DNA of 35,270 nucleotides, from positions 1-35,270 of the forward strand of contig QPGO01000385.1 in NCBI GenBank assembly GCA_008632985.1, given 5' to 3'. The notes beneath the pieces were generated by a model, which saw only the letters and a program-made list of their open reading frames with translations, had not been told where the DNA came from and did no database searches. This document shows, one piece after another, positions 11,367 to 22,821 of this stretch. The translations under genes were made by a program, and so were the position numbers. The first letter of the stretch is position 1, and each line of letters starts with the position of its first letter. The stretch comes from Psammoneis japonica (lineage: Eukaryota).

Positions 11367-13677
11367 CCACTCGGTCTTCCAATTCTCCTCACCCCAGGTG
11401 AGAAGGGTGGCCTGTTCATCTTCTGTGTGGTCATTGCGATGATCGTGGGACGAGCCACAGTTGGTGTTGCATTGCCCTTTGTAATGGCAGGGAAAGCAAC
11501 GAGGGCGACCTTGCGCATCTTTGGGGAGGTTGATGTTGTTTCTTGCGCATCGGTTTTTAACATCGCGTGACCTGACGTTGGGGCGGTCACGGAGCGTGGC
11601 AAAGCGGTTGTCGTAAGAAGGATTCCGGACTATGCTGTTGCTTCCTGCAGCTTGGCTGGTGGGGGCCATGTTGTTGGCAGGCTGGCGTTGAGATGCTGGG
11701 GCCGGTGCGGACCCCAGCACAGAACTGGGGTTGGCAGCTTGCATGCTAGCAGGCAAGTGCGGATGCCAGCAAACGATTCCTTTAGCCGCTTCAAACATAA
11801 TGTTGAAGGGTGTGAATGGTGACGGGTGGAGTGAGGCTTCTTGAGCCCTGAACCAATGGCGAACTTCAATCTGCGCACAGCGTTGAAAGTCCGCGGGAAG
11901 GGTTGGGTGCCAAGTGGCCTGTGCTGCCAATTCATTGGCACACCGGTCCATGTCTTGATGTTGACGGGTGAGCCACTGGACGACTGGATGGTTGGCCCCA
12001 AGTGAAGCAGAAAGCACCAGACGGTGTCCATCGTACAACTGTTGGGCGGCTTGCATTGTCGTTGCCACAAGCGCCTTGTCTGGAGCTTCCAGGATTTGAG
12101 TGTCCTGGAGGGACGGGGCCGCCGTGCCACCATGAATGTGCACATGCATGGCCCTGCGGCAGGCAATCTGTTCGGCGCTGTCTGGGGCAGTGATCCCAAA
12201 TTGGAAGGGGGTGATGCCTTGGGTAGGCTCGTCTTGATTGTGACCAGCAAATTCGAGCTGTGCGAGCTTGGTGACGAGACTGACGGTGACAGGTGCATCG
12301 AAATGGATGGCCATTGCCTGGCGTTGCTCATCAATTGCATTTTGGACAACTGCCAGGCGGCCTGTCTTTGGCGCTGCGGCAAGTGCGGCCCACACAGGTG
12401 GCAGTGCCGTCTCGTTGAGGACGTGGCACCAATTCACAAGCTTGGTGACACCGAAAGGTCCCCAAAATTCATTGGGTGCCTTGCCCCGGGCAGCCGCTTG
12501 CTGACGTGCTGTAGCATCAAGTCGAAGTTGGCGTTGCTCAGTGGTGAGCCCTTCAACAGCTTGCATGACCGGCTGGAAGTGCTGCGCAGTGGGTGACGCA
12601 TGGCCCAGTCTCCCAGGGATGTCACGCGACACCTTGGCATCAAAGAATTGAATGAGGGCTTCATTGGGGGGGCGTGTCATGACAGGCCAGGGTCGTGTCA
12701 CAACAGACACCATTTGGTTGTTGGCAATGGCACAGCAGGCAACGCGAAGTAAATCGAGCAGTGGTCGAATGGCAGCCACTTTGTCAGCTGCTGTGGCAGC
12801 GCCGTGCACCCGCTGATGGGCTTGTTTTGGGCGCAAGGGATGTGCCAACAAGAGAGGCACAAACTCAAATGGCACATGCATTGCGTTCCCAGTTCGCACG
12901 ACCTCCGAGTGTTGTGCATTCTCAGCCAGACACGGATGCAGGCCGTCCGCATTGTCAGTGATGTGCTCCAACAGGGCAGCATGAGTCGGCACCCTAGTCC
13001 CCTGCTGTGCTAGATTGAACGAGTCATCTCCAAATTCGACCAGAGTGAACTGTCCACGAGTTAGATCACCCACCATTGCACAAGTCTCACCGTCCCAAGG
13101 TTCAGCGGGCCCAACCACGGTCGTCAGATAAGTGGCAACGCGGTGGAGGACTTGAATCTGTCCTTCGTCCACTGCACCAGCCTCCCGACAGTGCATGATG
13201 ACTGCCATCGGCTGATCATGACTTGACGCAGCTGCAACTCGCCCATGTGGTGTTCCAGGGTTGCATCTGGAAGGTCCCTGAACCGGGACCGCAAAATCCA
13301 ACATCGAATCGTCGCATGCTCCCCGATGTGGGTCGTTGGTGGTGGCAAGGCAGAAATCACGACAAGTCGAAATGACCGGCGGCGCCGCCGGCACGGCTTG
13401 GGCACCCGGTGGTGGTGGCTGCATGAAGGCTCCTGCTGCTTGCGGTGCCAACGGAGGCACTGGAACTTGAGGCGGAGGCGGTGGCGGAGCGTTTGGGACC
13501 GCTGCGGCGGCTGCTGCCGCTCCTCCTTGCGGTGGAGCCAGATCGTTGGTATTTGGGGCGTTTTGGGCCCCTTGACCTGCATTTTGCTGCTGTTGCGCGT
13601 CCACAATGGACTCAACAAAGGTTCTTCCTGCAAACAATGGGGAGCCATGGCGGAGGCATCCTGCGCCGCCTCTAGAC
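11367..13677 (-). pseudogene. Ngaro ORF1 (gag-like) with Pro/Ala/Gln-rich N-terminus and a C-terminal Cys/His finger
   Basis: Long ORF (part of 11094-13790) ending with CFPCHYKGQCNTNCGSSHDH, positioned upstream of RT. The start codon is uncertain. Confidence 0.75.
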
Positions 13678-13874
13678 AGCATTAAAAACTGTCCGGCGGC
13701 TTCTTGCTCTTTGTTGCTCTTCGGAAGAATGAGTGAAACAAGCGAGAGAAAAAGAGCAAAAACCGTTGTTTGCTCGCCAAGCTCGCGCAAGCACGTTCAA
13801 TTTTGAATTCAAACGGTTTGTATGACCCAACGGTCAAAAAACGGGTCATTTGCCTCGTCGTGCTACACAAGGTG
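13678..13874 (-). repeat. Ngaro repeat A1 (197 bp)
   Basis: Near-identical to 7655-7851. Confidence 0.92.
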
Positions 13875-13876
13875 GG

Positions 13877-16800
13877 TTCGATGTACTTGCACGGAGACAG
13901 ACACAAGGTGCCGTCAGGATCCCGGGAGAAGTCGCAGCCCAGATGGAACTCAATCTGTCCCGCACCCTTGAGCTTGAACTTGCACTTTTCCGTGAGGGTG
14001 TCGACGAAAGATTGAGGATCCTTCATGGCAATGGCAAGGTCATCCACACAAACGGCAACACATTCGCAGTGGTCGCCGTTCCTGTGCATCCAAATGTCGG
14101 GTTCGGCGCGGCAGGGGAAGAAACCTTCAGCTCGCAGGCAGTCGGCGAAGCACTCATGCCAGCGGAGACCGGAGCTGCACAGTCCATACAGGGCCTTGTA
14201 GATGACAAGAATGTGGCCTTCAAGTTTGCCAAATTCGGGTCCAGCTACAATGCACAGCTTCTCCTTGGTGGTGGCTTCAAGGCAGGCATTGCCAATGTTG
14301 GTGGCCCATGTCTCCAACTCATTGAGTTCGGCCAGGAAAATCATCAGCCAAAGGCCAGGAAGGGAGACTGCTCCAGAGCAGACACCATTGATGGGTACGT
14401 CCGTGAGGTGTCCATCGGCCACAAGTCGTGCCTTGTGGTGGCCGTCGTGTTTCACGTTGTGCACTGGGTGCACTCAGATCTTCTTGTGTCCCGCAGGAGG
14501 AGTGGAAGACTCAGAGGGCCTGCAGTCATGAAAGACTTCGTAATCATCAAGTTGGTCCATCTCGAGATTGGTTGTGTCTCCCCATTTGCGGTTGCCGTTG
14601 CATTCGTCTGGGGACATGGCGTGTTTTTAGTTCCGGGGAACCTCGCATCCGCACTTGCAGCGAGGTGCAGTGCGGAAGGAGCGAAGCTTGGCTTGGTTGG
14701 CCATGTGAAACAGCTTCTTCTGGCACCTTGCGATGGTGCGGAACCGCTTCCAGCCATCAGTGTCAAGAAGTCCGTTCTCTCGTGCACAGATGGCGCAGGT
14801 GACAGGGTCGTCCTTGGCGATGATGGCAAGAGGCTCGGACGTGATCTCCCCACTTTCCCATTCAAGCATGATGTTGTAGCTTGAGCCCTTCCAGGTTGGG
14901 TCATGAGGCTTCAGAGGTCCTTCGTGTGACACAATGCATCAAAATTTCCAAACAGTGGTGTCTTCGTCTTCTTGCTCGATGTGATTCATGATGTCATTGC
15001 AGGCCAGGACTTCCTCGCATTCGTCGTTGTTGACAGAGCAGACAAACTCAGTGAGCTTGGGGTTGCCGTTCACTTTCCAGTTGTGATCTTCGATGGCCTT
15101 GATGATGCAAGCTCTGTGGCGTTGTCCATCCTCTTGTGGCTGCATGAGGAAGGTGCGTCCAATGATGTCTTTGGATCAAAAACTGGCATCTTGGGTGTCC
15201 TGATCTCCCCGTCAGGTGAATCGACGGGGTTGTCGTCATGGCAAGATTTGATGATGGGTTCAGGTGGCTCCCCATCAGGAGGATCAAGAAGCAGGTTTTG
15301 AACGGAAGGATCGGTGGCAGCGGATTGTACATTGGACCGGCAGAGGATCTTCTGAGTGTCGTCAGAAAGAATCTTAAAGGTCATCTGGTGGCCGACGTGC
15401 TCAGCAATGCCAACAAAGCGTCCACGCAACTCACGGGATTCGGACGGCCAATCGGAGTCATCGAGGTGGAAGCACACGGGTTCCCACCAGTGAAAGCGGA
15501 GCAATGGGCTGATGTCTGGGGTGGAGCCAGCAAGAGTCTCGAGGGGTGTGCGCCTGTGGAGACATGGGGACGCGGTGTGGTTGAGCATGAAGCAAACGCA
15601 CATGAGCGCCAGCAGCCATGTGTGGGCAGGCGAACCGAAACGGTCCATGATGGTGTTTGCCATGTGCTTCACGTTCTGGTGTCGGCATTCGGCAAAGTTT
15701 TGGTGTTGCTGGTGAGGCTCGCTTTGCCAGCTGGAGATGAAGAGGGCTCGTAGAATCCCGAGCACCTTGTTGCTGATCTCAACTTGAGCACGGTCGCTGA
15801 TGAGTTTGGATGGAGCACCACACTCACAGATCTGATCCTCGAGTGTGTTGACAAACTCTTTGTCGGTTTTGGTGCCGCAGACGTCAGTGACGGTAGACTC
15901 GGTGCCAACAAACAGTTGGGCACTGGTGCAACCAGAGTCGATGGCCGGGGTGTCGGCACAAATGGTGTCAGTGGCGACAGGCTCGTTGCGGCGGTGCACA
16001 TCAAGGGCAGGGTTGGGCGATTTGCAGGCCTTCTTAAGGTGTGCACCGGCGGGCATGCGGGCACATTGCGCGGTGCAGTCAAAAGCATGACGAACCGTGT
16101 CGGCAGGTTGGAAACCAAAGCAGGGCCAAAGAGACTCACAGGGGGGGTCCTTGGGCTGCACATTGCGCTCCGGAGGCAGAACGTCATCATCCTTGGGGTC
16201 AATTGCATGCAGATGACACTCGCAGAACACGTCTTCATTTGGAATGAGGTGGTCATCGAGGGCGGACGCGTGATCAGCAGACAAGGAGGCAGACATGATG
16301 GCCTTGTTGACAACGACACGACAACGGCAGTTGCCGCACTCCTCAAATGGGTTGGCAGTGGGATCGTCCTGTGGGTCAGAGATCGCGTCGTGCCACTGGT
16401 CGTCGTCAGCGACAGAGTGATCGAGGACGGAAGGGTCCCATGTGTCATCACCGGTGAGGATGACATGTGGCAGGGTGTCCCATTTGTCGTCAGTGCAGGG
16501 TCGCATGGCAACACAAGGCAGGCCACCCTTGATGTCAATTGGGATGACATGGCCATCAGTGGTGGCAATGCGCTGCAAGCCATTGGGCACCTTGACAGAG
16601 TGATCGTTGACATCATGTTTGTGCCATTCGAGCTGGCCACAGGAATGAATGGTCTTGCCTTTTCCCGTGCATGCGCACTGATGGAGGATGGCAATGACGG
16701 GACCACGCTGTGTCTCAATGACGGCACCAGCGGTGACAATGGGGATGTCCACCAATTGATGGTCGTCAATGCCCTGAACGTCGACTTGGCGAGAGGTGCG

Positions 16801-18375
16801 TGCAATGACGCGAATGTCGTCGCCAGCAATGCCGCCGTTGGATCCACGATCAACTAGAGCACCAGTGCGTGTGGAGCGATGAGCGGAGGCAGAGTGAATG
16901 ACATTGTGGTTGTTGACACGGCGGCAAGTGCAGCAGTCAAGTTCCATGTCATCTGGAGGAGCAGGTGAGGTGGAGGGAGCGGCGGATGGGCCCGGTCGAC
17001 CAGCGTTGGGGGCTTGGTTAGGAGACAACAGGCATTGCAGATCACCGGGTGGCAGTGGCTTGCGCTTGGTGAGATGTGCCAGAATGGGATTATCTGAAGT
17101 GGCACCCACATTTGGAGCGTGATCACCAGAGTCAGCAGGAGTCATGGCGGACAAGTTGACATCACCGTCACTCCCAAGTTGTTGGTCGTGAAGGTTGACC
17201 GCAACGGACTCATGGTGGTTGCCGGCTCGTGGGTTGCGGGGAGGCGGACGAGAATGCTCAAGGATGATTGCCTTAGAGGAATGGGGCAACAAATCCCAAA
17301 TCCGTTGGTGGTCGGGAGGGAGACGTTTCCATTGGTTGCCGGTGAGGCTGGGACCATGGGTGCAGGCAGCATTGGCCTGATGGACGTCAATGTTGCTGTC
17401 GATGTCATGGAACACATCATCGGATGGTTCCTTGGAGCAGACGTCGTGTGTGCATGTGGTGCGGCGGGGAGCTTGAGGTGTCGTCTTGGGTTGAAACGTG
17501 CTGTCGCATTGAGCCGTGGCGGAGAGGAGCAAGCCACAATGTTGATCGCATGTGAGGCTCTTGCCACTCTGCGTGCGATGTTGATCAGCTTGGTTCTTGA
17601 TGGCGCGGAGTTCCTTGACAGGATGTGCGGCATTCTCGAGCATGACATGCTTCTGTCCTTCAGAGAAGTGGTCACTGGCCGGGATGAGGGCCTTGCACTT
17701 GCGCAACTGATCCTGCCAATGAAGGATGAATCCGTGGGTCGGACCTTTCCAAGCACCATCGCCAAGGCGTGTGGTGGCAAGGTGCGTGAGCAAGGTGGAG
17801 GACTCGACAGATGCACGGGTGGAGGCGAGCGCATGCTTGGACAAGGTGCGGCAGATGGTCTGGGTGTCAGAAGACCCCACATTTTCGTGAATGAGAGCCT
17901 TGCCCTTGTCGGTGAGAAGGATGCGTTCGAAGATGGCGAACATGTGCTTTTGCTGTTCAGCAAAGAGCAGTTTGTCTGCGGGGCTGGTTGGTTTGTACGA
18001 CGAGTCTAGAACGCACTCGACGTCTTGGGCATGGGCTTGTGCCACAAGTGAGGTGTGCCAAGTGTGCCACTGCTTGTTGGATTTGAGAGCCGTGAAAGCA
18101 GTGGGGTCACGCTTGATGCCTCGCTTGAAGTCTTGCACTGGGTCGCGTGCCTTGGTCGGGTTGGTGACATGCGGAGGTGCAAGAGGTGAGCTGCCGATGG
18201 ACACAGAAGACATGTGGTCGGGGCTGAGGCGGCAGGCAAGGAACTCATCATGTGTGAACAACGAGGAGTCATTGGCAACATCAAGGCCTTTGTGTGCTTT
18301 GACAATGCACAGACCAACCAGGGCTGCTAACATGTTCTTGTGACCTTGGGGCAATGGGATCACATTGGTGCCGTC
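13877..18375 (-). pseudogene. Copia 1 gag-pol: gag, protease, integrase and RT (degenerate)
   Basis: FKRGIKRD (gag); LVDRGSNGG (protease); ATDT, SDRAQVE and QNFAE (integrase DDE); HKARLVADGH, KALYGL and CVDDL (RT). Confidence 0.93.
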
Positions 18376-18817
18376 TGCAACACACAGCTGCTGACAAGAG
18401 TCAATGTATCACGGCGACGTGTTACAGCCTTTAAATGTCACAAAGGGCATGACAAAAATGACCTTTTGTCTGCATGCATGCTGCATTGTGAATTCACAGC
18501 GGAGTGGTTCATCGCAACCATTGGGAGGCCAGGGGTTCGAAACCCTGAGTGGTGGTTGTCTGCAGCAACGTTGATCACTGTCGAACGCGTAAAACTCTGT
18601 GCAGTTCTGCATGTTCCTTCGCACGTACCCACACTGTTCTGCCAAAAACGTGCAGTGTCGTGCACGTTAGTAAAGAGCCGCATGGACGCGTGACACATGG
18701 GGAGGAGTGCAACACACAGCCACCAACAAGAGCCAATGCATCACGGCGACGTGTTGCAGCCTTTAAATGTCACAAAGGGCGTGACAAAAATGACCTTTTG
18801 TCTGCATGCATGCTGCA
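18376..18817 (+). mobile_element. TRIM (terminal-repeat retrotransposon in miniature), 442 bp
   Basis: 110-bp LTRs at 18376-18485 and 18708-18817 with TG...CA ends; PPT GGGGAGGAG at 18699-18707; 4-bp TSD CGTC at 18372-18375 and 18818-18821; non-coding interior. Confidence 0.9.
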
Positions 18818-18989
18818 CGTCATCACACTCAAGCGAGTCGATTTGGGAAGGTGTGAACGTGAACAGTTCTTGGCACTCATGGGTCAAAGGCAAACGAAGA
18901 GGGCTTCCAGCACCTTGGGCAAGTGCGGTTCCAACAATGTGCTTGAAACCATTGGTTTGTTGCTGATGAGCAAGAACCATGGTGGACAA
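18818..18989 (-). pseudogene. Copia 1 gag N-terminus, separated from the rest by the TRIM
   Basis: Removing 18376-18817 plus one TSD copy joins ...IDSLECDD-GTNVIPLPQGHK in frame. Confidence 0.75.
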
Positions 18990-19360
18990 GAAACGGTGTC
19001 AGGGCAAGCGATTCATGTCAGGACGTGGAGGCAGACTTGAAACTTGAGTGTGAATGGACTTGACTTGAAACAGACTTGACTTGAAATCTCGAACTGTCTT
19101 AAAATCAGAAGGCGCCGGGTTGTGCTGTCCTGTTCATTGTCAAGTGCTAAACTTCCTGTCCGGTCTGCAGAGTTGTGCCGGCACGTCCGAACCCGCAGCC
19201 AGCGGCGCTTTGGGTTGCTTGCGAGCGGAGCAGCGGGTTGCAAACCCCTGCAGGTGAGCTGACCAGAGGTGGAAAAGACTCTCGAGCCGTTCTCATTTTG
19301 TGTTGGCTGGATTTCCCGATCATGCTGGCCAGTTGACGCAGGCGTTGGGTGCTGTGGACG

Positions 19361-20780
19361 AATGAACAAACTTGGGAAAAACACCTTTGCCCCAACGCAG
19401 GCTGCAATCACCACTGCTTGCTCTCACAGTCATCCTCGTGGACCCAGCAGAACTGCAGAGCACCAGCAGTCTGGGGCAGATCAGGCACAATGGACTTGGT
19501 GTGCTTGTAGAGTGGCAGCAAAGCCGCAGTCCAAAGAGTGGGTTCAAGCTCTTGGCCGTGAAGACACATGTGTGTGTGTCTTCAGTGACAAAGATCTTTG
19601 AACATGTGGGGTTCTTGACCGTTAACCGTTGAATGGGCATGTCAAGGGATGAGGATCAAGGACAGACTTGGATGCAACCATTGAATGCATGTCTTCAGCG
19701 ACAAAAGGCAGCGCAATCAATCCAGACATCCAGCGGCAAGAGGAGACTTGACGGTGACGTTAAATTCCTGCCGATGCCTGGTGTTGAATGCGCGCAGACT
19801 TGCCAATGTACAAGTGGAGTGTGTGCGGAGGTCCACGCAGAATTGAAACAGCATTGTCGGTAAATCAACGATGATGATGGCGGTTGCTCAATGGGTTGAC
19901 AATGAGCAAGACTGTCAATCCAACAGAAATTGAAGGCAAATGGCAAGAATTCAAACAATGACTCCTTGCTGCTGTCCAAATGGCAGATGAGTCTCCGCTC
20001 AGAGACCATCACAGGAGCCGAAAGACGTGTGAGTCGGTGCAATCGGGCCACTGTCATTGTTCTTGTGAGCCATGTGGCTCGAAAGCAAACTGCGTCGCGT
20101 GCACACGCGTGGAACTAAAGAGCACACAAAACTGTGCGCGGCAAACTAAATTGGCGCGCGACATTTCGCGCGCACCTAAATCCTGTTCAAATCCTGTCAG
20201 GAAATGCCAAAAAAAGTCCAGAATTTCGTGATTTTTTGACAGGCTGGTCCTGATTCTACTACGGTGTGAAGGATTCTATGCAGTTTCTGGATGTTCCTGC
20301 CTTTTTTTGGCAGTTCTGCTGGGACCTGGAACTCCTTCCACCAGTGCGTGAATTTGGTTTTCCGGAGCCCCATTCTTTTGAGGGGCAGCACAGCACGCTG
20401 TCACATGGCACATGCGCGCACTTGCGACATGTCGCCAATGTGAACAATGGTTGGATGCACTGCATGGGCAGTTGCCCTTTTGTGCACATGTGACAGGTTG
20501 TGAGCAGCCATTCCCTTGCCTCTGTGGTGCAGCCCAGAGCCAAGTTGTGTGCAGATTTTGGCCACAGAAGGAGGAGAGGCGGTGGTGCTGGGTGGGCGGG
20601 CACATGATTTGTGGAAAAAGGTGATGGAATGATGTGGGCAAGGAGGGGGGCAGCAGAGCAAACACAGCTTGTTCTGCTGTTGAAAAAACAAAAGATTTGC
20701 ATTGTCAGACAGCTCCATGGTTGGCATGAATTGCAAGTTTTGTGGAAGGAAGTTTGAGTGTTGCGCAAGTTGCACTGTGT
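19361..20780 (+). repeat. 1.42-kb direct duplication, left copy
   Basis: Near-identical to 25364-26781; ends at the left boundary of the Penelope-like element. Confidence 0.93.
19921..20199 (-). repeat. 5' LTR of copia element 1
   Basis: 279 bp, colinear with 6271-6549, followed by the TSD GGAAA. Confidence 0.92.
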
Positions 20781-20888
20781 TTTCGGGGTTGTCTAACGCA
20801 CTAACAGCCTTTAGCGTAACAGCAATCTGTTGAGAGTTGCCTGACATACAAAGCTCGATGATGTGAGCTTTCGCTTTTGCTTCATCAG
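20779..20888 (-). repeat. Inverted partial pLTR (110 bp)
   Basis: Reverse complement of the pLTR 3' end (25254-25363). Confidence 0.9.
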
Positions 20889-21337
20889 GCTTACGCCCGT
20901 TTTGAGTTTTTTTGTTTTGTGTTTTGAGTTTGTTCACTTGCGTGCTCACTGCAGCAGAGCATGCTTCTACATCTGACAGCAGCAACATCAACTCGCTCTT
21001 TCTCCAACACCGTTGGAGTTTTTTGAGTTGATGATGCCTCGCTCATTCTCATGCGCGCTTCGCGTGCATTCGAGATCTATGATCCACACGATTGACTCAC
21101 CATGCGCACCGTGCACGGGTGGATCTTTCTGATGCGGCTTTTTCAATGCCTGTAACGTCAGCTGTGACGACAGCCGTAGAAAAATGCCGATTTCGAATTT
21201 TTTAGCTCGAAAAACAGCCGACAACACTGACAAAGCAAAAGCGAAAGCTCACATCATCGAGCTTTGTATGTCAGGCAACTCTCAATGGATTGCTGTTGCG
21301 CCAAAGGCTGCCAGCACATTAGACAACCCCGAAAACA
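20888..21337 (+). repeat. PLE 5' pseudo-LTR (450 bp)
   Basis: Colinear with 24915-25364. Confidence 0.9.
21217..21276 (+). ncRNA. Hammerhead ribozyme copy in the 5' pLTR, core mutated
   Basis: Same fold as 25244-25303, but the core reads CTGACAA instead of CTGANGA. Confidence 0.65.
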
Positions 21338-21357
21338 GTGTGTGTGGACTTCCAACA

Positions 21358-22821
21358 ATGACTGCAGCCAGCGCGTCCGCTCCGACAACCCCACCTGCTC
21401 GCAACAGACGAAACAACGCAGCCGCACGCACCGTGCGATTCGCCACCGCAGCAGCAGCGACAATGACGGCGCCTGCGGTGCCGTCAACGGCGCCTTCGGT
21501 GCCACAGATCTTGGCAGCTAACCAACGTAAGTTGGACAAACTAGCCCCTTGTCGCAAAGCGATTGAGACGCAGCTAACAGGATTCAAGGACATTGTCGAG
21601 TCACTAGCCACTCGTATGATCACTCAGTGCGGGCTTGTAAAGAGCAGAAAGCTGAGTCTATCGGCTTTCCCCGGCACTGATGACAATCCATGCATCCCCA
21701 AATGTTCCAGGCTCAATGTGAACCTCACACATGCGGACCGGCTCAACGATGATGCTGCTGCCCAAGAGCTCGTCCAGGAGATGAAAGACCTGGTTGCATG
21801 CTTCGAAAAGGATGCAGCCAAACTTGTGCACAAGATGGCCTCACGTGAACTTGAGGTTGTGAAAACAAACCGAGTACGAGAATTGGTCGAAGCTAGCCTT
21901 GTTCTCTTCCAATTCTACATTGACCATGTAAAAGAGTTCAAAGGCTCTACAGACCCAACAACGCGTCAACTCAGTGGAGTGCTGCTCATGCCCTGCTTGT
22001 GCGACGTGCTGCCATCGAGCTTCCTGAGAGACCACCTTGAGACTTCTCCCAAAGAAATCATCAAGGAAGTTGAACGCCAGCTTCAACATGAAGGACCCTT
22101 CAGTCCCGAAGACAGCACCCCTCCCTCAACTCAAGAGAGCACCGAAGACAGCACCCCTCCCTCAACTCAAGAGAGCACCGAAGACGTGCACACACAAGAG
22201 GATGCCACGCGCACTCAGGCCGCACTGGTGGCAAACTTGAGCCCCCTGCTCGAAAGTGAATGCGTGAACCACGAACTTTCAACAGGTGAGAAAGTCACAA
22301 AAGAAGAAGTGTTCAAGGAAATGAAGCAGTTCTATGAACAAGTCACCATGCAATTGCAACACGCCCTGGACAAAGAAGAACGATTGAAATCGGTCAACGC
22401 CAAGCTAGAGGCAAAGTGGAAACGCTGCAAGAAGGAACAAGCAGCTGACCTCGTCGCAACAGCTCTTGAAAACGAACCGACAGTTCAATCCCCCGCCCTC
22501 GACGAGTCAATCAACAAAAAGATTGACAAAAAAGTCGCAAGCCTCAAAAAGCTCCACAAGAAGGCAAACCGTCGGCAAAAAAACGACAAGGGCGGTCGGG
22601 AAGCCCCACCGGCACGAAAGAACGACGTAGCAAAAGACAACGAAACGCAAAAAGGAAAAGGAAAGCGGAAACGCCAACCCCAAGCCTCGAAGACGAATGG
22701 GAAACCATCCGCCAAGAGACAAAAGAACAAAGCCAAGAACCGCCACGGAAAAAGAAAAGGGAATCACGGAGGACAGCACAGAGGCGAGCAAAGAGGCAAG
22801 AGAAGCAACAGGCGAAACTAG
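21358..22821 (+). CDS. PLE ORF1: coiled-coil protein with a Lys/Arg-rich C-terminus
   Basis: Open frame 21184-22821; the first ATG after the pLTR is at 21358; helical charged segments and a basic tail. Confidence 0.7.
   Translation: MTAASASAPTTPPARNRRNNAAARTVRFATAAAATMTAPAVPSTAPSVPQILAANQRKLDKLAPCRKAIETQLTGFKDIVESLATRMITQCGLVKSRKLSLSAFPGTDDNPCIPKCSRLNVNLTHADRLNDDAAAQELVQEMKDLVACFEKDAAKLVHKMASRELEVVKTNRVRELVEASLVLFQFYIDHVKEFKGSTDPTTRQLSGVLLMPCLCDVLPSSFLRDHLETSPKEIIKEVERQLQHEGPFSPEDSTPPSTQESTEDSTPPSTQESTEDVHTQEDATRTQAALVANLSPLLESECVNHELSTGEKVTKEEVFKEMKQFYEQVTMQLQHALDKEERLKSVNAKLEAKWKRCKKEQAADLVATALENEPTVQSPALDESINKKIDKKVASLKKLHKKANRRQKNDKGGREAPPARKNDVAKDNETQKGKGKRKRQPQASKTNGKPSAKRQKNKAKNRHGKRKGNHGGQHRGEQRGKRSNRRN
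22106..22185 (+). repeat. 36-bp in-frame tandem repeat (2 copies plus a partial copy)
   Basis: CCGAAGACAGCACCCCTCCCTCAACTCAAGAGAGCA x2, encoding EDSTPPSTQEST. Confidence 0.9.
22578..22613 (+). promoter_or_regulatory. Putative -1 programmed ribosomal frameshift signal (ORF1 to RT)
   Basis: A-AAA-AAC in the ORF1 frame at 22578-22584, then a short spacer and a GC-rich hairpin (CGGT-c-GGG...CCC-c-ACCG). The -1 frame is open from 22527 into the RT. Confidence 0.65.

Larger units (their letters stand above)
7497..13876 (-). mobile_element. Complete Ngaro-type tyrosine-recombinase retrotransposon inserted in the copia 1 RT
   Basis: Split direct repeats in the order A1-ORFs-B1-A2-B2; gag, RT/RH and YR ORFs. 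It interrupts the host peptide KYIE|RMID with no clear TSD. Confidence 0.92.
6271..20199 (-). mobile_element. Full-length Ty1/copia LTR retrotransposon (diatom CoDi-like), element 1, with two nested insertions
   Basis: Two 279-bp LTRs; 5-bp TSD GGAAA at 6266-6270 and 20200-20204; PPT GGGGAG; gag-PR-IN-RT-RH domain order. Confidence 0.93.

Noticed and set aside
18376..18817. Diversity-generating retroelement TR/VR pair, suggested by A-to-G differences near RT genes
   Set aside because: The changes occur on both strands, are limited to transitions in YR dinucleotides and affect all repeats. The pair has the LTR ends, PPT and TSD of a TRIM.
19913..19920. TGTCAATC as a canonical LTR end
   Set aside because: It is absent from the other LTR. 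The GGAAA TSD and equal 279-bp lengths put the boundary at 19921 and 6271.
22106..22185. 36-bp repeats as a CRISPR array
   Set aside because: Head-to-tail with no spacers and in frame within ORF1.
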